From Macrostomum hystrix (taxonomy: Eukaryota > Animalia > Platyhelminthes), in the NCBI GenBank assembly GCA_950097015.1, contig CATNEN010000034.1, positions 4,340,001 to 4,404,000 of the forward strand: a DNA stretch of 64,000 nucleotides, in the 5' to 3' direction. The position numbers and the translations under genes are program-made. Shown piece after piece: positions 23,501-35,789 of the stretch. Under the pieces are notes generated by a model. That model saw nothing but the letters and a program-made list of their open reading frames with translations, ran no database searches and was not told the origin of the DNA. Position 1 is the first letter of the stretch, and the number at the start of each line of letters is the position of its first letter.

Positions 23501-26500
23501 ACATCATTTGGTGACAGTAGACCCGCTGCCAGCGAGGAGGCAGTTCTGCCCATTTCGCTGACTCCCGAGCACACGTTCACACAGGTGTGTACAACAGCCC
23601 TGATCTACAACAGCTGCGGGTCTAGTGTCATGAAATTATGTACTATATAAAAAATAAATTTATTTTTTATATGGGAGTAGTAATTATGGGATAATTGTAT
23701 ACGAGATTTTTTAATTTCGAATTTTTATAAAGAATTTTTAATATGTGGTTTGGGGAATTATCAGTCTCAACTTCCGAAACTGGCCTCAGATCCCAGGCCA
23801 GCACCAGATCCCACCAGACTGGCAGTTTCCCGGCATCAAATCCGGTTCAAACCGGTTCTCGCCGAGCGGCCTATCATTGGCCGCCGGCTCAAACGAGCCG
23901 TTTATCGACCCATTCTGGCCGCGCCAGTGGTACCTGCACGATGCCCGCGGTAGCGACCGACAGCCGCGCCTCGACATCATGGGCGTCGCCGCCGCCTGGT
24001 CCTGGAACTTCACCGGCCGCGGCGTCACGGTTGCCGTGGTGGACGACGGCGTTGAGAGCGACCATCCGGATCTGGTGGACGCCTTCGACCCGGACGTCAG
24101 CTACGATTATTCACGAGGAGTCAGGGAGCCCAAACCTGTGTACTTTAACTATGTGCAACAGCTGTGAGAGCGCGCTACACTGTATCCCAAATTACCCCGT
24201 TCCCAAAAAAAAAAATCCGATTCCTAACCCTGAATCTCACAAAAATCCCACTACCAACCCTGAATTCCACAAAAATCCCACTACCAACCCTGAATTCCAC
24301 AAAAATCCCATTCCCAACCCTGAATCTCACAAAAATCCCATTACCAACCCTGAATTCCACAAAAATCCCATTAACAAACCCTGAATGTCACAAAAATCCC
24401 ATTCCCAAACCCTGAATCCCACAAAAATCCCATTCCCAAACCCTGAATCCCACAAAAATCCCATTCCCAAACCCTGAATGCCACAAAAATCTCATTAACA
24501 AACCCTGAATCCCACAAAAATCCCATTACCAAACCCTGAATGCCACAAAAATCCCATTCCTAATTATAAATGCCGTCGAAATAACTTTCTCAACCTCAAA
24601 AAATCCCATGGAAATCCTATTCCTAACCCGAATTTCAATAGAAGTCCCACTACCAACCCTTACTAAAATATAAATCCCATTCCCAATTCTAAATCCCATA
24701 GAAATCTCACTCCCAACCCTAAACTCCAATAAAATTTCATTCCATTCCATCATTTTAGATATAAACCTTGTCACTTATGACCCATGTTTCCGTATATCCT
24801 TACCGATATTAATATCATATTTATTAAACACCCTAGCTAAGATGAAGTTCTTCAGTTAATAAGTGGTTAAAATTTCATAAAATTTGCAGAGAGGACGGTA
24901 GAACTGGAACCTGGTGAGTAACGAGAAAAAACTTCACATTTTTTTACAAGTCAATTCCTTTAACTACAAAGCAAATAATCGCCATTAATAAACTAACAAT
25001 TATTGTAAAAAAGACCATAGCAACCGCATTCCCACTGCGCAGGCACGGCACCCGCTGCTCCGGGGTTATTGCGATGTCGGCCAACAACACCTTCTGTGGA
25101 GTTGGCATCGCTTTCAACGCTCGCATCGGAGGGGTGAAAATTCTTGAAGGCGACGATAGCGACCTCCGCGAAGCTCGCGGCCTGACGCACGCGCTAGACA
25201 AAGTGCACGTGTACTCGTCCAGCTGGGGACCCGGAGACGACGGCGCCATCATGGAGGGGCCGCGCGATCTGACGCGGGAAGCCTTCAGGGTCGGCGCCCA
25301 ACTTGGCCGCAACGGCCTCGGCGCCATCTACGTCTGGGCGTCGGGCAACGGCGGCGGCAACAGCGACAACTGCAACTGCGACGGCTACTCGGCCTCCGTG
25401 TACACCCTGACAGTCAGCAGTGTCAGCCAGAGCCTCGACTCGCCCTGGTACGCCGAGGAATGCTCGGCTACGATGACAGCAGCTTATTCAAGCGGCGAGG
25501 ATGAGCAGCAGCAGGTGGTGACCACGGATCTCAGACATCAGTGCGCTGCGGACTTCAGCGGCACATCAGCGGCAGCACCGATGGTTTCAGCGATGGCCGC
25601 ACTGGCACTGGAGGCCAAGTGAGTCGCAGTTCATCGATTTATTTAAAAAACGCACTTTTCCAAGATCGTCTGCTTTCAGTAGCGATGACGGAAAAGCTTG
25701 CTAATCTTTGAATGGGAAGTAGAAAATGGGAAGTAGAGAATGGGAAGTAGAGAATGGGAAGTAGAGAATGGGAATTAGAGAATGGGAAGTAGAGAATGGG
25801 AAGTAGAGAATGGGAAGTAGAGAATGGGAAGTAGAGAATGGGAAGTAGAGAATGGGAAGTAGAGAATGGGTAGTAGAGAATGGGTAGTAGAGAATGGGAA
25901 GTAGAGAATGGGAAGTAGAGAATAAGAAGTAGAGAATGGGTAGTAGACAGTGGGTAGTAGACAATGGGTAGTAGAGAATGGGAAGTAGAGAATGGGAAGT
26001 AGAGAATGGGTAGTAGAGAAAGGGTAGTAGAGAATGGGAAGTAGAGAATGGGAAGTAGAGAATAAGAAGTAGAGAATGGGTAGTAGACAGTGGGTAGTAG
26101 ACAATGGGTAGAAGAGAATAGGAAGTAGAGAATTGTAAGTAGAGAATGGGTACTCTCTGGACTCTCCTATCCGAGCGGTTGGGAGTTCGAATTTTTCAGT
26201 GCAATTTTTAATAGATTTTTTTTATGGCCCTTAAACGATTTTTGCGGGCTTCAAATTATCCACCACCCACCGATGCAGCCCGAACATCACGTGGCGCGAC
26301 TTTCAGCACGCAGTAGTCTGGACGTCGCAGACGCGGCAGCTTCGTCGGCGAAGTCTAGCCGGTTGGCGTCGAAACGCTGCCGGGCATCGTTATCATCACC
26401 GCTTCGGCTTCGGCATCGTCAACGTGGCGGCCATCATCCGGCTGACGGCACCGGGACGGTGGCAACGAGTGCCGGAGGCGGCAACGGTGGAGCTCGACGG

Positions 26501-29500
26501 ATGGAGCTGTGGAAACGGCTGGTGGGCGCTGGGTGTGGATGGGATGGGATGGGATGGGATGGGGATGGGATGGGATGGGGATGGGATAGGATGGGGATGG
26601 GGTTGGGGATGGGGATGGTGATGGGGATGGTGATGGGGATGGGGATCGGGATGTGGATCGGATGGGGATGTGGATGGGATAGGTATGTGGGTAGGATGGG
26701 GATGGGGATGGGGATGGGGATGGGGATTGGGAATGGGGATCGGGATGTGGATCGGATGGGGATGTGGATGGGATAGGTATGTGGGTAGGATGGGATAGGG
26801 ATGTGGACGGAATGGGTATGGGGATATGGATGTGGATGGGATGGGGATGTGGACGGGATGGGAATAGGATGGGGATGGGGATGGGGATGGTTATAGGAAT
26901 AAGGATGCGGATGGGAATCAGGATGGGGATGGGAATCAGGATGTGCATGGGAATGAGGATGGGGTTGGGAATGTGGATGGGGCTGAGGATTGTGTTGGGG
27001 ATGTGTATGGGGGATGGCGTTGGGGATTGGGATGGGAAGCAAATGAAACGCTCGTAGTGTGGAATGATAAAAAGTCAATTCCCTGTATTAAATATTGTGT
27101 TGGGGTAACTTTTTCACTAAAACTTTAGCTGGCTACCTTTTCTAAAAAACTTTTTTTATCCACTGCCTGTAAACTAATTCGTCTCCGATTGGCCAGGGCC
27201 GTTAGCCAATCAGAGCCTCTCAAATGCGAACTGGAGGTCAGCGAACGGGAGGCTAGTCCAATCAGATTTCTGGAGCACGTGCAGGTCGTCCTGAGCATGA
27301 GCTACTCTGAGCGAGGCGCCCTGGCCATCTATGTGACCTCAGGAGCTGGTGAGTCACGTGACTAACTGGGGGTTGGGCTGCTATGGGAATAAATAAGGAG
27401 GCAATGTGTATGGGAATGAGGATGGGAACGACGAGGGGAATGAGGATGGGAATGAGGATGGGTATGGGAATGAGGATGGGGATGGGAATGAGGATGGGGA
27501 TGGGAATGAGGATGGGTATGGGAATGAGGATGGGGATGGGAATGAGGATGGGGATAGGAATGAGGATGGGGATGGGAATGAGGATGAGGATGGGAATGAG
27601 GATGGGGATAGGAATGAGGATGGGGATGGGAATGAGGATGGGTATGGGAATGAGGATGGGGATGGGAATGAGGATGGGGATGGGAATGAGGATGGGGATG
27701 GGAATGAGGATGGGGATGGGAATGAGGATGGGGATGGGAATGAGGATGGGGATGGGAATGAGGATGGGTATGGGAATGAGGATGGGGATGGGAATGAGGA
27801 TGGGGATAGGAATGAGGATGGGGATAGGAATGAGGATGGGTATGGGGATGGGGATGGGGATGGGAGTTGGGAATGGGGATGGGGATGGGGATGGGGATGG
27901 GGATGGGGATGGAAATCAGGATGGGGATGGGAATGAGGATGAGAATGCGGATGTGGAATGGGAATGAAGATGAGAATGGGGATGGGAATGAGCATTGAAT
28001 ATTGGAATGATGATGGTACTGTGAGAGATACAATTCAGACTACTGACAACAGTAGAAAAGCAAAGACTTGGCTGCAAAACTCTCACATAACACTAAAAAA
28101 TATCGCCATAAAAATGGCAAGCTTAAAAGAGACTTCTGTGCACACTAAGAGTGGTGGGAGAGGACTGCGTGTGGCTATGGCTGACTGACGAAGGCAAACA
28201 AGCCAGAACCGCTAAGAATAGAATTGAGTTTGTTGACGGCTGTGAAATAGGGATGTGGATGGTGCTTTCAGCTACTGAAGCACACGGAGTAATATTAATC
28301 CTACAATACTACTACCGCCATTATGCAGTAGTATAAAATGAAAAAGATTAGAAAACTTGTACAAAATCTGCAAAATTAATTTTTCTATAAATATGTATTT
28401 CAGGTTCTCAAAGCCAGCTGCTAACCCCGAGACCAAGGGACAACTCAAATGAAGGAATCATCAACTGGGACTTTCTCACTGTGCATTTCTGGGGTGAAAA
28501 TTCCCGCGGCAAATGGCGACTGCTGATAGAAGATCAGGTAATGGGAGGCGCTCTATTCTCATCTATATTTTCTGCATTGCTCAGCTTTCGCTTGGTTGCT
28601 ATAGCAACAGTTCCTATTTTGTAAAATGGAAGATGGGAGATTTCTCATCCATTGAGAAATGGGAGATATTTTTAGCGAAGCATTGGACTAACCTAGGTTT
28701 AAAATCAAGCTTGTTGAATGAAAATATGACTGAAACAGGTGAGGCTAAGACAGGTGAGGCTGAAACAGGTAAGGCTGAAACAGGTGAGACTGAGACAGGT
28801 GAGACTGAAACAGGTGAGACTGAAACAGGTGAGACTGAAACAAGTGAGACTAAAACAGGTGAGACTGAGACAGGTGAGACTGAGACAGGTGAGACTGAAA
28901 CAGGTGAGACTGAAACAAGTGAGACTAAAACAGGTGAGACTGAGACAGGTGAGACTGAGACAGGTGAGACTGAAACAGGTGAGACTAAAACAGGTGAGAC
29001 TGAGACAGGTGAGACTGAGACAGGTGAGACTGAGACAGGTGAGACTGAAACAAGTGAGACTGAGACAGGTGAGACTGAGACAGGTGAGACTGAGACAGGT
29101 GAGACTGAAACAGGTGAGACTGAAACAAGTGAGACTAAAACAGGTGAGACTGAGACAGGTGAGACTGAGACAGGTGAGACTGAAACAGGTGAGACTAAAA
29201 CAGGTGAGACTGAGACAGGTGAGACTGAGACAGGTGAGACTGAGACAGGTGAGACTGAAACAAGTGAGACTGAGACAGGTGAGACTGAAACAGGTGAGAC
29301 TAAAACAGGTGAGACTGAGACAGGTGAGACTGAGACAGGTGAGACTGAGACAGGTGAGACTGAAACAAGTGAGACTGAGACAGGTGAGACTGAGACAGGT
29401 GAGACTGAGACAGGTGAGACTGAAACAGGCGAGACTGAGACAGGCGAGACTGAGACAGGTGAGACTGAGACAGGTGAGACTGAGACAGGTGAGACTGAAA

Positions 29501-29802
29501 CAGGTGAGACTGAAACAAGTGAGACTAAAACAGGTGAGACTGAAACAGGCGAGACTGAGACAGGCGAGACTGAGACAGGTGAGACTGAGACAGGTGAGAC
29601 TAAAACAGGTGAGACTGAAACAGGTGAGACTGAACAGGTCTGATTCGACTCTCCATTGCAGTCTGGCAGGGGTGACGGGCATCTCCGCAGCGGCCGTGTC
29701 CAGTCGCTGCGCCTGCGACTGCTCGGCACAGCGAACATGCCGCGGCACAGGGCGCGCACGGCTGGCCGACGTCGAGACGACGACGATAACGCAGATGACT
29801 GA
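20569..29802 (+). CDS. Subtilisin/kexin-like proprotein convertase (furin/PC1-like, S8B peptidase plus P domain), about 661 aa, 10 exons, no TM or Cys-rich tail
   Basis: Exons 20569-20616 (signal MLLLFASLLVLAHCNE), 22745-22828, 23231-23440 (RKRTKR|D propeptide site), about 23790-24163 (start uncertain), 24890-24913, 25043-25618, 26279-26521, 27197-27348, 28404-28537, 29662-29802. Catalytic D (VVDDG), H (HGTRC), oxyanion N (SGNGG) and S (GTSAAAP) are intact. P domain motifs LEHVQ and WGEN are present. Confidence 0.92.
20715..22615. repeat. 29-bp minisatellite TTCAATTATCCCGCACCGAATATCCCAGT in convertase intron 1
   Basis: About 64 copies. Confidence 0.97.
22850..23085. repeat. 17-bp minisatellite (same family as 10230-11215), convertase intron 2
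   Basis: AATATGGAATTGGGAAG units. Confidence 0.9.
23510..23605 (-). mobile_element. 5'-truncated SINE family A fragment
   Basis: GTTCTGCCCATTTCGCTGACTCCCGAGCACAC..CAGGTGTGTACA matches the family A 3' body. Confidence 0.6.
24205..24570. repeat. About 30-bp minisatellite CACAAAAATCCCATTCCCAACCCTGAATC
   Basis: About 12 copies in a convertase intron. Confidence 0.9.
25710..26150. repeat. 14-bp minisatellite GAATGGGAAGTAGA
   Basis: About 31 copies. Confidence 0.93.
26530..27035. repeat. G-rich (GGGAT)-based low-complexity array
   Basis: Degenerate GGGATG repeats in a convertase intron. Confidence 0.85.
27385..27990. repeat. 18-bp minisatellite GGGAATGAGGATGGGGAT
   Basis: Tandem copies in a convertase intron. 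Confidence 0.9.
28725..29640. repeat. 15-bp minisatellite GAGACTGAAACAGGT in convertase intron 9
   Basis: About 61 copies. Confidence 0.97.
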
Positions 29803-29832
29803 GGAGACTAAGGAGTTTCTGGTGAGACTGAA

Positions 29833-29833
<1 letters not shown>

Positions 29834-29879
<46 letters not shown>

Positions 29880-29880
29880 A
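29834..29880. repeat. (ATCT)n microsatellite
   Basis: About 11 copies. Confidence 0.9.
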
Positions 29881-30424
29881 CTTTCATTACCTTTTTCATT
29901 TCAGATGTACCGACTTCCCCGTGAAGCCCTGAAGCCATGAAGATTGATTTTAAGAACAGCGCAAACACTACAGCTGCACGCTTTCATGCTTCGCTTTAAT
30001 TCAATCACCAAATAAAAAAAATAATCACCAAGAATAACAATCTCGCACACATAGCATGTCCACATTAATTGACATTTCTTTCGCAGAGAGGGGTAAAGAA
30101 ACACACACACACAATCGCTGTATCCATGCAGATTCAACTCAAGATTTAATTAATAATAAATTGCCTAAACAGTAAAACTCTATGACGATTGCCAATGAGA
30201 GTTTAAGCCTACCTGAAAAAAAGCTAGTGCTTTCCTGCAATGGCACAAAGTGTCAAATAATTGGTTGCCTACTTAAGGGCTGCATCTGCGGACTCAAGTC
30301 TTCAGGCTAAAAATAATTGCAAACTGAAAAATAAAGGTTACACATGAAAGTTCTATGAAAATATTGAACTAATTCAAGGCTTTCTCATTCTTGTCTTCAC
30401 ATCCTTATCTCGGTGCATATTACT

Positions 30425-33400
30425 TAAGAAACCCACCTGATACACCTGGGACCCACCTTATACACCTGGAACCCACCTGATACCAATGGAACCCACCTGA
30501 TACCAATGGAACCCACCTGATACCAATGGAACCCAACTGATGCCAATGGAACCCACCTGATACCAATGGAACCCACCTGATACCAATGGAACCCAACTGA
30601 TACCAATGGAACCCAACTGATACCAATGGAACCCAACTGATACCAATGGAACCCACCTGATACCAATGGATCCCAACTGATACCAATGGAACCCACCTGA
30701 AACCAATGGAATCCACCTGATACCAATGGAATCCACCTGATACCAATGGAACCCACCTGATACCAATGGAACCCGCCTGATACCAATGGAACCCACCTGA
30801 TACCAATGGAACCCACCTGATCCACCTGATACCAGTGAAACCCACCTGATACCAATGGAATCCACCTGATACCAATGGAATCCACCTGATACCAATGGAA
30901 TCCACCTGATACCAATGGAACCCACCTGATACACCTGGTACCCACCTGATACCAATGAAACCCACCTGATACCAATGGAACCCACCTGATACCAATGGAA
31001 CCCACCTGATACCAATGGAACCCACCTGATACCAATGAAACCCACCTGATACCAATGGAACCCGCCTGATACCAGTGAAACCCACCTGATACCAATGGAA
31101 TCCACCTGATACCAATGGAATCCACCTGATACCAATGGAACCCACCTGATACACCTGGTACCCACCTGATACCAATGAAACCCACCTGATACACCTGGTA
31201 CCCACCTGATACCAATGGAACCCACCTGATACACCTGGTACCCACCTGATACCAATGAAACCCACCTGATACCAATGGAACCCACCTGATACCAATGGAA
31301 CCCACCTGATACCAATGGAACCCACCTGATACCAATGAAACCCACCTGATACCAATGGAACCCACCTGATCCACCTGATACCAGTGAAACCCACCTGATA
31401 CCAATGGAATCCACCTGATACCAATGGAATCCACCTGATACCAATGGAACCCTCCTGATACCAATGGAACCCACCTGAGACCAATGGAACCTGCCTGATA
31501 CACCTGGAACCCACCTGACACCAATGGAACCCTCCTGATACCAATGGAATCCGGCTGATACCAATGGAACCCACCTGAGACCAATGGAACCCACCTGATA
31601 CCAATGGAACCCACCTGATACCAATGGAACCCACCTGATACCAATGGAACCCTCCTGATACCAATGGAACCCACCTGAGACCAATGGAAATCGCCTGATA
31701 CCAATGGAACCCACCTGAGACCAATGGAACCCTCCTGATACCAATGGAACCCACCTGATACCAATGGAACCCTCCTGATACCAATGGAACCCACCTGAGA
31801 CCAATGGAAATCGCCTGATACCAATGGAACCCACCTGAGACCAATGGAACCCACCTGAGACCAATGGAACCAGCCTGATACCAATGGAACCCACCTGATA
31901 CCAATGGAACCCTCCTGATACCAATGGAACCCACCTGAGACCAATGGAACCTGCCTGATACACCTGGAACCCACCTGACACCAATGGAACCCTCCTGATA
32001 CCAATGGAACCCGGCTGATACCAATGGAACCCACCTGAGACCAATGGAACCCGCCTGATACCAATGGAACCCACCTGATACCAATGGAACCCTCCTGATA
32101 CCAATGGAACCCACCTGAGACCAATGGAACCCGCCTGATACCAATGGAACCCACCTGATACCAATGGAACCCACCTGAGACCGATGGAACCAGCCTGATA
32201 CCAATGGAACCCACCTGATACCAATGGAACCCTCCTGATACCAATGGAACCCACCTGAGACCAATGGAACCTGCCTGATACACCTGGAACCCGCCTGATA
32301 TCCTGATACACCTGGAACCCTCCTGATATCCTGATACACCTGGAACCCTCCTGATACCAATAGAAAACCACCTGATACCAATGGAATCCACCTGATACCA
32401 ATGGAATCCACCTGATACCAATGGAACCCACCTGATACCAATGGAACCCACCTGATACACCTGGAACCCTCCTGATATCCTGATACACCTGGAACCCTCC
32501 TGATACCAATAGAAAACCACCTGATACCAATGGAATCCACCTGATACCAATGGAACCCACCTGATACCAATGGAACCCACCTGATACACCTGGAACCCTC
32601 CTGATATCCTGATACACCTGGAACCCTCCTGATACCAATGGAACCCACCTGATACCAATGGAACCCACCTGATACCAATGGAACCCACCTGATACCAATG
32701 GAACCCGCCTGATACCAATGGAACCCACCTGATACCAATGGAACCCGCCTGATACCAATGGAACCCACCTGATACCTATGGAATCCACCTGATACCAGTG
32801 AAACCCACCTGATACACCTGGAACCCTCCTGATATCCTGATACACCTGGAACCCTCCTGATACCAATAGAAAACCACCTGATACCAATGGAACCCACCTG
32901 AGACCAATGGAATCCACCTGATACCAATGTAACCCACCTGATACCAATAGAATCCACCTGATACCAATGGAACCCACCTGATACACCTGGAACCCTCCTG
33001 ATATCCTGATACACCTGGAACCCTCCTGATACCAATGGAACCCACCTGATACCAATGGAATCCACCTGATACCAATGGAACCCACCTGATACACCTGGTA
33101 CCCACCTAATACCAATGAAACCCACCTGATACCAATGGAACCCTCCTGATACCAATGGAACCCACCTGAGACCAATGGAACCCTCCTGATACCATTGGAA
33201 CCCACCTGAGACCAATGGAACCCGCCTGATACCAATGGAACCCACCTGAGACCAATGGAACCCGCCTGATACCAATGGAACCCACCTGATACACCTGGAA
33301 CCCTCCTGATATCCTGATACACCTGGAACCCTCCTGATACCAATAGAAAACCACCTGATACCAATGGAACCCACCTGATACCAATGGAATCCACCTGATA

Positions 33401-35190
33401 CCAATGGAACCCACCTGATACTAATGGAACCCACCTGATACACCTGGAACCCTCCTGATATCCTGATACACCTGGAACCCTCCTGATACCAATGGAACCC
33501 ACCTGATACCAATGGAACCCACCTGATACACCTGGTACCCACCTAATACCAATGAAACCCAGCTGATACCAATGGAACCCTCCTGATACCAATGGAACCC
33601 ACCTGATACCAATGGAACCCGCCTGATACCAATGGAACCCGCCTGATACCAATGGAACCCGCCTGATACCAATGGAACCCACCTGAGACCAATGGAACCC
33701 ACCTGAGACCAATGGAATCCACCTGATACCAATGGAATCCACCTGATACCAATGGAATCCACCTGATGCTAATGGAATCCACCTGATACCAATGGAATGC
33801 ACCTGAGACCAATGGAACCCACCTGAGACCAATGGAATCCACCTGAGACCAATGGAACCTGCCTGATACACCTGGAACCCACCTGACACCAATGGAACCC
33901 TCCTGATACCAATGGAACCCGGCTGATACCAATGGAACCCACCTGAGACCAATGGAACCCGCCTGATACCAATGGAACCCACCTGATACCAATGGAACCC
34001 TCCTGATACCAATGGAACCCACCTGAGACCAATGGAACCCGCCTGATACCAATGGAACCCACCTGATACCAATGGAACCCACCTGAGACCGATGGAACCA
34101 GCCTGATACCAATGGAACCCACCTGATACCAATGGAACCCTCCTGATACCAATGGAACCCACCTGAGACCAATGGAACCTGCCTGATACACCTGGAACCC
34201 TCCTGATATCCTGATACACCTGGAACCCTCCTGATACCAATGGAACCCACCTGAGACCAATGGAACCTGCCTGATACACCTGGAACCCTCCTGATATCCT
34301 GATACACCTGGAACCCTCCTGATATCCTGATACACCTGGAACCCTCCTGATACCAATAGAAAACCACCTGATACCAATGGAATCCACCTGATACCAATGG
34401 AATCCACCTGATACCAATGGAACCCACCTGATACCAATGGAACCCACCTGATACACCTGGAACCCTCCTGATATCCTGATACACCTGGAACCCTCCTGAT
34501 ACCAATAGAAAACCACCTGATACCAATGGAATCCACCTGATACCAATGGAATCCACCTGATACCAATGGAACCCACCTGATACCAATGGAACCCACCTGA
34601 TACACCTGGAACCCTCCTGATATCCTGATACACCTGGAACCCTCCTGATACCAATGGAACCCACCTGATACCAATGGAACCCACCTGATACCAATGGAAC
34701 CCACCTGATACCAATGGAACCCGCCTGATACCAATGGAACCCACCTGATACCAATGGAACCCGCCTGATACCAATGGAACCCACCTGATACCTATGGAAT
34801 CCACCTGATACCAGTGAAACCCACCTGATACACCTGGAACCCTCCTGATATCCTGATACACCTGGAACCCTCCTGATACCAATAGAAAACCACCTGATAC
34901 CAATGGAACCCACCTGAGACCAATGGAATCCACCTGATACCAATGTAACCCACCTGATACCAATAGAATCCACCTGATACCAATGGAACCCACCTGATAC
35001 ACCTGGAACCCTCCTGATATCCTGATACACCTGGAACCCTCCTGATACCAATGGAACCCACCTGATACCAATGGAATCCACCTGATACCAATGGAATGCA
35101 CCTGATACAAATGGAACCCACCTGATACCAATGGAATCCACCTGATGCTAATGGAATCCACCTGATGCTAATGGAATCCACCTGGTACAA
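30425..35190. repeat. 20-bp satellite CCCACCTGATACCAATGGAA with variant units and a 2016-bp internal duplication
   Basis: Array of about 4.75 kb; variants CCTATGG and AATGTAAC recur 2016 bp apart. Confidence 0.97.
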
Positions 35191-35789
35191 ATTGAACGCA
35201 CCCGTTAAAGTTGAGTAATGTGGAGAATGTTCTCATCGACTAAAATTGCAGATTTTTCCTAGTTTGGCTTATTAATTTTTAATGCAAGGTACGAGTAAAA
35301 CAAAAGTGCTATGCCAAAATATCTTAAGAAATAGTCGGTGGATGTCTTGAAGTGTTTATTTATTCGGGCAATAATTTTCTAAGTTAGAAAATTTTCAACA
35401 CGTGCTTAGTTGGTAAAACAGGCAGAAAAATTGTGCCAGCTGCATCAGTAAAAGAAATTTCCAGTAGAATCACTAACAAAAAACAAGGAATAAAAACAGT
35501 TTTAATGGAAAGCTTCAGTGCTGTTGATATTGGCATCGTTCTAATTACCATTCTGCTGTGCTATGGTTGGATATCTCGCTGAGTTTATCGTAAGGCCGCT
35601 TAACTGAAAAAATAGCCACAGCAAGACAGAAAAAAGTAAAGTTTTTTTCGACTGAAAGAAATGTTGACGAGAAAATTGTGCAAGTAAAAAAGAAATCCAC
35701 ACTGAGGAGAATTACATGGACAGTAACACCGGCTCATTATCTCTTGTCTCTCCTTCCCCACAGCACTCCCTTTCCGTCACTACCCGAGT

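Noticed and set aside
28513-29932. ETGET, QVRL, SPVS and CLSLT repeat ORFs
   Set aside because: The 15-bp unit is open in most frames and lies within convertase intron 9.
30420-35190. Very long ORFs (up to 1567 aa) on the minus strand
   Set aside because: They are translations of a 20-bp satellite that lacks stops in several frames; no domain content.
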